From a virus (Duplodnaviria; Caudoviricetes), in IMG/VR virus record IMGVR_UViG_3300044454_000252, positions 1 through 29,575 of that record: DNA of 29,575 bases; one strand, 5' to 3'. Under the pieces are notes generated by a model. It was not told where the DNA came from. It ran no database searches and worked only from the letters and a program-made list of their open reading frames with translations. A program made the translations under genes and the position numbers. Positions 9,302 to 17,157 of the stretch are shown here, piece by piece. Every line of letters starts with the position of its first letter. Within the stretch, counting starts at the first letter, position 1.

Positions 9302-10152
9302 AAAAAATTCTCGTAACAGGCGGGGCAGGCTTCATTGGAAGCAATCTTTGCAGGACGCTTCTCGATCGGGGGAATTATGTTTTCTGTGCAGACAACCTGG
9401 TAACTGGCTCTTTGAAAAATGTCGAGAATCTGTCCGATCGATTCTGGTTTCTGCCGGGGGATATCGACGACATCCCGGATCTCAACTACGACCGGATCTA
9501 TCACCTTGCATCCCCAACGGATCCAAACGCAGTAAATGAAAACCGCGGCATGACCCGCAGCGTCAACTCGACCGGCACGGAAAAATTATTCGAGATGGCC
9601 AGATGCCCGTTTCTTTTTGTATCATCTGTGAAAGTCTTGGGGGATTGTCCGCGAGTTTCGGATTATATCTGGGGCAAGAAACAAGGTGAGCGGATCTGCA
9701 CCGAGCATGGCGCCAAGATCGCACGCCTGGCGAGCGTCTACGGTCCGGGCATGGCGGTTAACGACGGGCGTGTGATCCCGGTCTTTATCACCAAGACTCT
9801 GCGCGGAGAGCCGATCAGCTTATGGAACGGCGGAGCCCAGATCGATTCATTCTGTCATGTCTTTGATATCGTAAATGGGCTTATCGCCTTCATGGAATCG
9901 AACATAACCGGCATGCTTGAGTTCGGAGCGCCGAAGGGTATCTCGATCGCTGATCTTTCAAAACTGATCCTGAACATTATCGGCAAGAAGGTCCAAATCA
10001 AAACGGACGAAAATATCCTGGTCGTCGACGAATGCCACAAGGTCGTCGATATCTCCAAGGTCAAAAACCTTTTAGGATGGGAACCGAAAATACAGCTCGA
10101 GGACGGGCTTGAACATACTATCGACTACTATCGTCGTGTCTTGCAACCTTAG
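9298..10152 (+). CDS. NAD-dependent nucleotide-sugar epimerase/dehydratase (extended SDR, UDP-glucuronate decarboxylase-like)
   Basis: ILVTGGAGFIGSNL, DNLVTG, IYHLASP, YIWGK (YxxxK), VYGPGM..DGRVI, LGWEPKIQLEDGL. ATGA overlap with the upstream gene. Confidence 0.9.
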   Translation: MKKILVTGGAGFIGSNLCRTLLDRGNYVFCADNLVTGSLKNVENLSDRFWFLPGDIDDIPDLNYDRIYHLASPTDPNAVNENRGMTRSVNSTGTEKLFEMARCPFLFVSSVKVLGDCPRVSDYIWGKKQGERICTEHGAKIARLASVYGPGMAVNDGRVIPVFITKTLRGEPISLWNGGAQIDSFCHVFDIVNGLIAFMESNITGMLEFGAPKGISIADLSKLILNIIGKKVQIKTDENILVVDECHKVVDISKVKNLLGWEPKIQLEDGLEHTIDYYRRVLQP

Positions 10153-10162
10153 CAAAAGTAAA
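10148..10162 (+). promoter_or_regulatory. Repeated semi-palindromic motif, copy 2 (CTTAGCAAAAGTAAA)
   Basis: Contains the TAG stop of the SDR gene and ends 14 nt before ATG 10177. Confidence 0.6.
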
Positions 10163-10176
10163 ACGGGGCGGCTATC

Positions 10177-10872
10177 ATGTGGCAAAAAAAGATCAAGAAG
10201 ACTTTGTTCACCCTGGCAATCGGAGACTATGAACCCAAAATTTGCGAGATGACATTTCCGCTACTCAAGGCCTATGCGAATAAAATCGGGGCGGACTTTC
10301 ATGTCATCAAGGAGCGGAAATTCCCGGACTGGAACATCCGCTACGAAAAGCTTCAGATCTACCAGCTGGCGCAGGAAATGGAAAACGACTGGAACATCTA
10401 CATCGATGCCGACGCGCTGATCCATCCGGAGATGGTGGATGTGACCAATCTATTGACCAAGGACACCGTCGCCCACATGGGCAACGACTACCAGGCCGTA
10501 CGCTACCGGCCCGACCGGTTCATGCTTCGGGACGGCCGCAATATCTCAAGCTGCAACTGGTTCACGGTGGCGTCGGATCTTTGCATCGAACTCTGGGAGC
10601 CACAGACGGATATCACCCAGGCCGATGTGACGGCAAGCTGTTTTCCAACTGTCGATGAAGCCAACACGGTCTTCACCCCGGATAAGCTTGTCGACGATTT
10701 CGTGCTGTCCAGGAACATCGCCAAGTACGGCCTGAAGTTCACGACGATCACCAAGCGCTTAAAGGATATCGGACTGGGGGAATCCTGGTTCGCCTGGCAT
10801 GCCTATACAATCTCAGCCGAGCAGAAATTTCTTGAGATGAAGAACATCCTCAAGATGTGGAGGCTCATATGA
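10177..10872 (+). CDS. GT-A fold glycosyltransferase (GT8/GT34-like)
   Basis: AYANKIGADF, YEKLQI, NIYIDADALI (DxD after a hydrophobic strand), late His (FAWH). Confidence 0.7.
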   Translation: MWQKKIKKTLFTLAIGDYEPKICEMTFPLLKAYANKIGADFHVIKERKFPDWNIRYEKLQIYQLAQEMENDWNIYIDADALIHPEMVDVTNLLTKDTVAHMGNDYQAVRYRPDRFMLRDGRNISSCNWFTVASDLCIELWEPQTDITQADVTASCFPTVDEANTVFTPDKLVDDFVLSRNIAKYGLKFTTITKRLKDIGLGESWFAWHAYTISAEQKFLEMKNILKMWRLI

Positions 10873-11810
10873 GATCGATGATGGACATGGACACCTGCCA
10901 GATCGAGATCACCAACGTCTGCCCTAACCGGTGCTCCAACTGCACGCGTTTCGTGCGCTACGGGAATTCCTACTTCATGGGGTTCGATCAATTTAAAGAG
11001 GCCGTCGACTCCATGAAGTGGTATCCCAAGATGACCGGGATCCAGGGCGGGGAGCCGCTGCTGCACCCGGACTTCGAGAAGATCTGCGCCTATGCGTTGA
11101 AGAAAATAGGACGCCGGCGCCTGGGGCTATGGACGACGCTGCCGGAAGGTTACGAGAAATACCGGGAAATTATCTGCGCAACGTTCGGGAGCATCTTTAT
11201 CAACGATCACAGCCGAGCGGATATTTACCACCATCCCTTCTTGGTGGCAGCCGAAGAGGTGATCGAAGACAAAGATGAGATGTACTCAAAAATTAATCAC
11301 TGCTCTTTCCAGGAATCCTGGAGTGCTTCAATCAATACGAACGGCGCCTACTTTTGCGAGATCGCAGCCTCGATGAGCCTGCTCTTCCCGGAATATAAAA
11401 CCGGCGAGAACTTCGCCTGGCCAGTAACACCGCGTTGGTGGCGAAAGAATCCCTGGGATTTCAAATTCCAGATCCAGGAGTTCTGCAGACACTGCGGCGG
11501 CAGTCTCAACCTAAAGCGTCGGTCGAGCTCCTGCACGGGTGGAGTGGATGATATCTCGCCGAAGAATCTTGAGCGTCTCGGGAATATCGATAAATCCAAA
11601 TACCGGATCCACGATTTAAAAGAAGTCCAAGAGTGCGAAATGCAGGAGCTGGCGGCCTACAAAGATATCAAGTTTCGAACCAGGATTGCCGCACGCTACG
11701 GGATCTTCCTGACTTTGAATCCACTCAATTTTAACGAACCGCATTTGACGGCAGGTGTATCGGGGCGGGTACCACTGCTTGAACAATTCAGGGAAAAATA
11801 TGGCGGATAG
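10869..11810 (+). CDS. Radical SAM enzyme with C-terminal auxiliary Cys cluster
   Basis: QIEITNVCPNRCSNC (CxxxCxxC), GGEPLLHP. C-terminal C...NGAYFC...FCRHC. ATG 10869 overlaps the previous stop (ATGA). Confidence 0.9.
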   Translation: MRSMMDMDTCQIEITNVCPNRCSNCTRFVRYGNSYFMGFDQFKEAVDSMKWYPKMTGIQGGEPLLHPDFEKICAYALKKIGRRRLGLWTTLPEGYEKYREIICATFGSIFINDHSRADIYHHPFLVAAEEVIEDKDEMYSKINHCSFQESWSASINTNGAYFCEIAASMSLLFPEYKTGENFAWPVTPRWWRKNPWDFKFQIQEFCRHCGGSLNLKRRSSSCTGGVDDISPKNLERLGNIDKSKYRIHDLKEVQECEMQELAAYKDIKFRTRIAARYGIFLTLNPLNFNEPHLTAGVSGRVPLLEQFREKYGG

Positions 11811-11812
11811 AA

Positions 11813-14800
11813 ATGGCTGCCGGTTCAAATAATTTTACCGTAGTCGGCGACGATACCTGGACAGTTCCAGCCGGAGTCACGGCTGTCACGGTTCGGGTTT
11901 GGGGTGGCGGCGGTGGCGCCGGCGGGGGCGCGGCTTCAAACGCCGGCGGCGGCGGCGGCGGTGGTGGCTTTGTCCAATTAAATAACTATGCGGTCACGCC
12001 GGGGTATGTCCACGTCGTCACGGTTGGAAACTACGGTGCCAGAGGTGCCGCCAACGCGAACGGCTCTCCCGGTGTCACCTCTATTTTTCGGCACGCCCAA
12101 AACCAGAACAATGCCAACGCCGCCTGGGCCGAAGGCGGACGGGGTGGAACCCGCGGACGAAACGCTGCTAACGTTGCCGGCGGATTGCCTGCCAACGGAT
12201 CCGGTGACTTGGAATACGCCGGTGGCAACGGTGCCTCCCGTAACACGACAACCGCTGCTATCCCGGGATCAGGCGGCGGCGCCGGCGGAACCACTGGAAA
12301 CGGCGGATCCGGTGCAAACACCGCATCGGCCGCGGGTGGAGCTGGCGGTGGCGGTGGGGCCGGGAACGGCGGTAATGCGGCCAACTCGGTTGCCGGAAAC
12401 GCCGGGTTCGCAATCGGCGGCGGTGGGGCCGGAGGCGGTGTAGCCAACCAGGTCGGCGGCAACGGCGCCCGCGGTGAGATCCAAATCTCCTGGACCAGTC
12501 AAAAATGGAATTTCACGGCGGTTTGTGCCGTTGGATCGACTGCCGTCAACACGGTTGATCTTTATAGGAAATGCAACTTTGCCGCTACCGCCACAATCGC
12601 ATCGACCGCCGTCAACACGGTTGATCTCGATGTCCAGGAAGCGCCAGCTACTTATTACTACGTCCAGGATATCACTCTCGATATCGAAGCAGGGGCAGGC
12701 ACTGTAAACTTCACGGCGGCCTGCGGAATCATATCGACTGCCGCCAACACGGCTGACCTGAACGTAAAACGCAACGTCACGGCTGCTGCTACGATTGCTT
12801 CCACTGCCGTTAACACGGTAGATCTTTCCCGCAAATGCAACTTCACAGCTGCCGCTGCGATCGGATCGACCGCCGCAAACACGGCCGACCTTCTGGTCAA
12901 ACGCAATGTCACGGCTTTATCCGCGGTCGGATCTCTTGCCGTCAACACGGTTGATCTTCTAAGCAAATGCAACTTCGCGGCAGCCGCTGCCGTCGGTTCG
13001 ACCGCCGCCAACACGGCTGATCTTCTCGTCAAACGGAACATTACAGCCGCTTCCGCGATCGTCTTTTCGACAAGTGATATCGACGTTGTAACCGCGAACA
13101 TGCGCAGTTTCACGGCGGCCTGCGGTGTGATCTCATCTATCGCAAACACAGCTGACCTGCTGGTCAAACGCAACATCACAGCGATTGCTGGGCTCGGAAC
13201 GACCGCCGCCAACACGGCTGATCTTAATATCAAGCGCAACGTTACGGCCGTCTCCGCGATCGGATCGCTTGCCGTCAACACGGTTCATCTCGATAAAAAA
13301 TTAAGTTTTGCAGCGCTATCCGCTATAGGAACCCTTGCCGCTAACACGGCTGATCTTCTGGTCAAGCGGAATATCACTGCCATCGCAGCGCCTTCCGTCG
13401 GGACCTCGAGTGCTGTTGATCTTCTCGTCAAGCGTAACATCACCGCTGCGTCCGCTATCGTATTCTCGACCAGCAACATCACCGTTTCGACGGCAACCCT
13501 GCGCAGCTTTGCAGCGGCCTGCAGTGTCGCTACAACCGCGGCGAACACGGCTGATCTCAATATCAAACGCAACATCACGGCTCTTGCCGCCATGGGATCG
13601 GTCACTTCGAGCACGGTCGATCTCGATAAGAAACTAAGCTTCTCGGCGATCGCCGCGATCGGAACCCTTGCCGTCAACACGGTTGATCTCTACCGGAAGT
13701 GCAGCTTCGCAACAACGATCGCCGTCGGGACGACCACTGCCAACACAGCGGATATCAACGTCAAGCGCAACATTATATCGGCTGCGGCTATCGGGGTCAC
13801 AACCGATAACGCTGTCGATCTTCTTGTATATCGCAGGCTTATCGCAGCCTCCGCAGTTGTAGTCTTTGCGGACAACACGGTCGCCCTCAGCAAAAAGCTG
13901 AACTTCGCAGCTGCTGCAGCGCTCGGGACCACCGCAGCCAACACGGCCGATATCAAGGTCAAACGCAACATTACAGCTATCACCGCGCCCGTCTTCTCAA
14001 CCCGGAACATCGAGTTGATGATCACCGGGTACAAGTCCTTCACGGCCGTCTGCGCTATCGGGACGACTGCCGCCAACACAGTTGACGTTCTCGTTTATCG
14101 TAATATTACCAATATATTGTCTGCTGTTTCTTCAGGTACAAGTTCAATCAAATTTAACGTACCCAAATATTTCACGGCCGCCTGCGCACCGGCTGCCATC
14201 GCTTCAAATTCAGTCGATCTACCTGTAAAGCGGAATCTCACATCCGTCTCTGCTGTTGGTTCTTCCGCTTCAAATAACGTCCACCTCGATAAGAAGGTGA
14301 GTTTCACGGCGGCCTCCGCCATTGTTTCGACTGCGGCGAATACGGTCGATATTCTCCGCAAATGCGGATTCACCACCACGATCGCTCCCGTCATCGGGAC
14401 GAATACTCCCAACCTTAAAGTCAGAAGGGTAATAGGGTCGGGATGCAATGTCTCAGTCAACACTCGTAATATCGACGTAAGCCTTGCCAAAATCACCGAA
14501 TTCACGGCAGCCGTAGGCATGGGCTCCTCGACCAGAAACGCTTACCTGGACCCCCGCAGGCTGCTTGTCGCAGGGATTACGGCCGGCTCTCAGCTCTCAG
14601 CACCGCATATCAACGTCAAGCGCGACCTGCAGGCAGCCGCTGCACCCAACTTCGACGCCTCGGCCTCGGATCTTTTCGTGCAGCGCCAGGTCGCAGCCTC
14701 GATCGGGATCGTATCAGATACTAACGATGTCCTGCTCTCGGTGCAGATGCTTGAGCTTCTCTACCAGCAGCATGCTCAAGTGGTTTCGGATACTTACAGG

Positions 14801-14890
14801 GCACGAATCGCATTGGCAACCAGGGCCCAGATGAAAAACGATGTGTTCGATGCCCGTGTGGTAGGATCAACCAGTGCAACAAATCATTAA
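11813..14890 (+). CDS. Large fibre-like virion protein: N-terminal glycine-rich domain plus ~33 tandem 21-23 aa repeats
   Basis: TWTVPAGVT.VTV.VWGGGGGAG...GGNGARGEIQISW is the glycine-rich domain seen in phage tail-fibre proteins. It is followed by repeats with consensus N(F/I/V)TAA.AIGSTAANTADL.VKR. Confidence 0.75.
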   Translation: MAAGSNNFTVVGDDTWTVPAGVTAVTVRVWGGGGGAGGGAASNAGGGGGGGGFVQLNNYAVTPGYVHVVTVGNYGARGAANANGSPGVTSIFRHAQNQNNANAAWAEGGRGGTRGRNAANVAGGLPANGSGDLEYAGGNGASRNTTTAAIPGSGGGAGGTTGNGGSGANTASAAGGAGGGGGAGNGGNAANSVAGNAGFAIGGGGAGGGVANQVGGNGARGEIQISWTSQKWNFTAVCAVGSTAVNTVDLYRKCNFAATATIASTAVNTVDLDVQEAPATYYYVQDITLDIEAGAGTVNFTAACGIISTAANTADLNVKRNVTAAATIASTAVNTVDLSRKCNFTAAAAIGSTAANTADLLVKRNVTALSAVGSLAVNTVDLLSKCNFAAAAAVGSTAANTADLLVKRNITAASAIVFSTSDIDVVTANMRSFTAACGVISSIANTADLLVKRNITAIAGLGTTAANTADLNIKRNVTAVSAIGSLAVNTVHLDKKLSFAALSAIGTLAANTADLLVKRNITAIAAPSVGTSSAVDLLVKRNITAASAIVFSTSNITVSTATLRSFAAACSVATTAANTADLNIKRNITALAAMGSVTSSTVDLDKKLSFSAIAAIGTLAVNTVDLYRKCSFATTIAVGTTTANTADINVKRNIISAAAIGVTTDNAVDLLVYRRLIAASAVVVFADNTVALSKKLNFAAAAALGTTAANTADIKVKRNITAITAPVFSTRNIELMITGYKSFTAVCAIGTTAANTVDVLVYRNITNILSAVSSGTSSIKFNVPKYFTAACAPAAIASNSVDLPVKRNLTSVSAVGSSASNNVHLDKKVSFTAASAIVSTAANTVDILRKCGFTTTIAPVIGTNTPNLKVRRVIGSGCNVSVNTRNIDVSLAKITEFTAAVGMGSSTRNAYLDPRRLLVAGITAGSQLSAPHINVKRDLQAAAAPNFDASASDLFVQRQVAASIGIVSDTNDVLLSVQMLELLYQQHAQVVSDTYRARIALATRAQMKNDVFDARVVGSTSATNH
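12509..14749 (+). repeat. Degenerate coding tandem repeat, ~66-nt unit, about 33 copies
   Basis: Recurring DNA words gccaacacggctga / gtcaacacggttgatct. Protein units aligned by eye. One ~22-aa linker follows unit 2. Confidence 0.9.
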
Positions 14891-14930
14891 TTTTAATCGC
14901 TGGTTATCATGCGCACTCTGAAGAATTGAA

Positions 14931-14959
14931 TTGACTTTGCTATTCCAATCTATTAAGAT
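14931..14959 (+). promoter_or_regulatory. Putative sigma70-like promoter
   Basis: TTGACT (14931-14936), 17-nt spacer, TAAGAT (14954-14959), inside a 140-nt AT-rich intergenic gap. Confidence 0.7.
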
Positions 14960-15001
14960 TGTTAAATATAGAAGCCAGGTTCATTTTTTTTGTAATTAAA
15001 T

Positions 15002-15016
15002 CTTAGCAATAGTAAG
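15002..15016 (+). promoter_or_regulatory. Repeated semi-palindromic motif, copy 3 (CTTAGCAATAGTAAG)
   Basis: Lies 4 nt before the GGAGG Shine-Dalgarno of the gene starting at 15031. Confidence 0.7.
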
Positions 15017-15030
15017 CCTTGGAGGAAACC

Positions 15031-15834
15031 ATGGGATCCCTTTCAGACTATCTGGAATTGGAGCTTCTCGACCACATCTTCAATGCAGCCTACACCCCGG
15101 TTGCAACGATCTATATCGGGCTTGGGACTGGAGGCTCCGACACGGGTCTCACCGGCGAGCCCTCCGGCAACAACTACAACCGCAAGGCGATCACCTTCGG
15201 CGCAGCCACCGGCCGGAGTATCACCCAGAACGCGCTCGTCACCTTCGACCAGGCGTCCGGCTCCTGGGGCACTCTTACCCATTACGGGATCTTCGATGCG
15301 GCTACCGCGAACAACATGCTTGCCTGGGGGCAGCTCACCGCCAGCAAGACGGTCGTCTCTGGCAACACGCCCTCGATCGCCTCGTCCGAAGTCGTGATCT
15401 CGATCAACGCCGGGGAGTGCAGCGACTATCTTGCCAACAAGCTCCTGGATTTTGCCTTCCGCAACCAGGCCTTCGCCAAGCCCGCGACCTATCTGGGGCT
15501 TGCCACGGCGAACCTGACCGACGCGACTGCCGGCAGTAACGTCACCGAATGCGCGAACGGCAACAACTATGCGCGCAAGCAGGTGAATATCAACGGCGGG
15601 GCCGCCCCGACCTGGACGATCGCTAACGCCTCCGGTCTCGATAATGCCAACGCCATCACCATGAACACCCCGACCGGCAGCTGGGGCCTGGTGACGGCCT
15701 GCTTTATCGTCGACGGGGCCACGATCGGCGCCGGGAATATCCTGGTCTATGAGAACACCATGACGGACCAGACCCCGGACACGGGCGACACGGTCGAATT
15801 CGCGCTTGGTGCCTTCGACGTAACCCTCGATTAA
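15031..15834 (+). CDS. Virion structural protein made of two tandem homologous ~130-aa domains
   Basis: GGAGG-N5-ATG at 15031. Both halves share SDYL..LLD, Y.GL.T, GNNY.RK, GSWG and GN/DT...V.I/L. Strongly C/G-ending codons. Confidence 0.75.
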   Translation: MGSLSDYLELELLDHIFNAAYTPVATIYIGLGTGGSDTGLTGEPSGNNYNRKAITFGAATGRSITQNALVTFDQASGSWGTLTHYGIFDAATANNMLAWGQLTASKTVVSGNTPSIASSEVVISINAGECSDYLANKLLDFAFRNQAFAKPATYLGLATANLTDATAGSNVTECANGNNYARKQVNINGGAAPTWTIANASGLDNANAITMNTPTGSWGLVTACFIVDGATIGAGNILVYENTMTDQTPDTGDTVEFALGAFDVTLD

Positions 15835-15846
15835 GCGGAGCCTTCG

Positions 15847-16209
15847 ATGACCACCACGACGGTCTTCAACATGGTCTACCTTGGGTTCGACAACGAACTC
15901 AAGGTAGAGCTGTCTCAGACGGATGTGGACGGGGTCGTATCCTATCCGAATTTTGCCGCCATAACGAAGATGTCGGTCTTCTTCCTGGAGAAGTTCTATG
16001 ACTCCGAAGATAATGCCGGCGTCTTCGATTGGGTGACTTACGCAGCGGACCACATCGTGGGCATCAAACTTGGGCTCTGCGACACGCTTGTCCTCGGCAA
16101 AGATACCGCTGCCGAACTGATCGTCTATGATCCGAGTCATCCGGACGGAATCGTCTGGGACACACTGGCGATCAAGGTCGTCGAACTCGTTGAACCGGTT
16201 GTCCCGTAA
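15847..16209 (+). CDS. Hypothetical phage protein (acidic, beta-rich)
   Basis: GGAG ribosome binding site, fills the gap between structural genes. Confidence 0.7.
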   Translation: MTTTTVFNMVYLGFDNELKVELSQTDVDGVVSYPNFAAITKMSVFFLEKFYDSEDNAGVFDWVTYAADHIVGIKLGLCDTLVLGKDTAAELIVYDPSHPDGIVWDTLAIKVVELVEPVVP

Positions 16210-16221
16210 CAGGAGGCCTCG

Positions 16222-16773
16222 ATGGCGATCTCGTTGGTGACCACTTCAGGGGCAGTGAATGCAAACGGCTACTGCTCGCTCACAGAGGCCAACACTTATT
16301 TCACAACCAGGCTTCATAAAACGGTCTGGGAAGATGCAGAAGACGACGACAAGAAAGCGGCTATTATCTGGGCGACCCGCATTTTGGACGATGCCGTCCA
16401 ATGGAAGGGCTTCAAGGCCAGCGAGACCCAGGCCCTGCGCTGGCCACGGGAATACGTTCCGGAACGCGACTACGCCTCGCTGCAGGCAAGCTATTACGAC
16501 ACGGATCTTTACGACGCCGGGGTCTTCCTGGACGGGGATGAAATCCCGACGTTTTTGAAAAACGCAACTGCGGAATTTTCCATGTTTCTTCTGTCCGAAG
16601 ACCGGACGCTTGAAACCAACCGCGACCTGCTTGGGTTCAAGCGCATGAAGGTCGATACGATCGAGATGGACGTCGATCCCTGGACCAAGAAGCCAACATT
16701 GCCCGCATCGGTGTGGGAAATGATCAAGTGGTACGCGGCCAAACCCGGCGGCAAGACTTTATCGAGGGCATAA
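16222..16773 (+). CDS. Head-tail adaptor (family often labelled DnaT-like ssDNA-binding protein)
   Basis: ANGYCSLTEANTYF..R...W, ATRILD...WKG.K...QALRWPR, IP..LKNATAE. AGGAGG ribosome binding site. First gene of the neck module. Confidence 0.75.
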   Translation: MAISLVTTSGAVNANGYCSLTEANTYFTTRLHKTVWEDAEDDDKKAAIIWATRILDDAVQWKGFKASETQALRWPREYVPERDYASLQASYYDTDLYDAGVFLDGDEIPTFLKNATAEFSMFLLSEDRTLETNRDLLGFKRMKVDTIEMDVDPWTKKPTLPASVWEMIKWYAAKPGGKTLSRA

Positions 16774-16776
16774 CCG

Positions 16777-17157
16777 ATGGCCCTGAAAGCAGCCATAGCG
16801 AAAGCAGTCGATGCAGCCTTCATGGCCGTCGGCGATATCAAGACCGACTGCGTCTTTATTAAGCGCACGAGCGTCTACACACCGTCGACCGGCAAGGTGG
16901 CAAATACGGATGTGAACATCCCGGTCTCCGGAATTTTGCTCTCTCCCGGTCCAATCCGGAAGAGCATCGCTCGCGACCGGCCGGAGACACCGATCAATGA
17001 GAATGAATTCAGGCTGATGGTGAAACAGTCTGAACTTGGCGGAGTGGTACCAAGAATCAAGGACCTGGTGACGATCGCTGCGGTCAACTGGACCGTTGAG
17101 GAGATCTCCTGGGACCCGGCCGAGGTGACCTACACGTTCAAAATAAAGAAACCGTAG
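16777..17157 (+). CDS. Head closure / head-tail joining protein
   Basis: Size and position. Motifs YTPSTGKV, P..KDLVTI...WTV...DPA. Confidence 0.6.
   Translation: MALKAAIAKAVDAAFMAVGDIKTDCVFIKRTSVYTPSTGKVANTDVNIPVSGILLSPGPIRKSIARDRPETPINENEFRLMVKQSELGGVVPRIKDLVTIAAVNWTVEEISWDPAEVTYTFKIKKP

Noticed and set aside
11813-12500. RiPP (proteusin-like) precursor for the radical SAM and methyltransferase enzymes, suggested by ANQVGGN and AANT motifs
   Set aside because: The segment matches a phage glycine-rich domain within a 1025-aa protein. No leader peptide, RiPP recognition element, peptidase or transporter is evident.
12658-14520. Series of minus-strand repetitive ORFs
   Set aside because: Mirror images of the + strand coding repeat, not independent genes.
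12509-14749. CRISPR array or DGR template/variable repeat pair
   Set aside because: Units are in-frame, degenerate at synonymous sites and lack unique spacers. No adenine-specific mismatch pair, cas gene or reverse transcriptase is seen.
14971-14991. Rho-independent terminator before the T8 run
   Set aside because: Only about 3 bp of stem (GAA/TTC) can form, too weak to call.
15043-16140. 365-aa minus-strand ORF
   Set aside because: Antisense shadow of two well-supported + strand genes with GC-biased codons. No motif or plausible start context.
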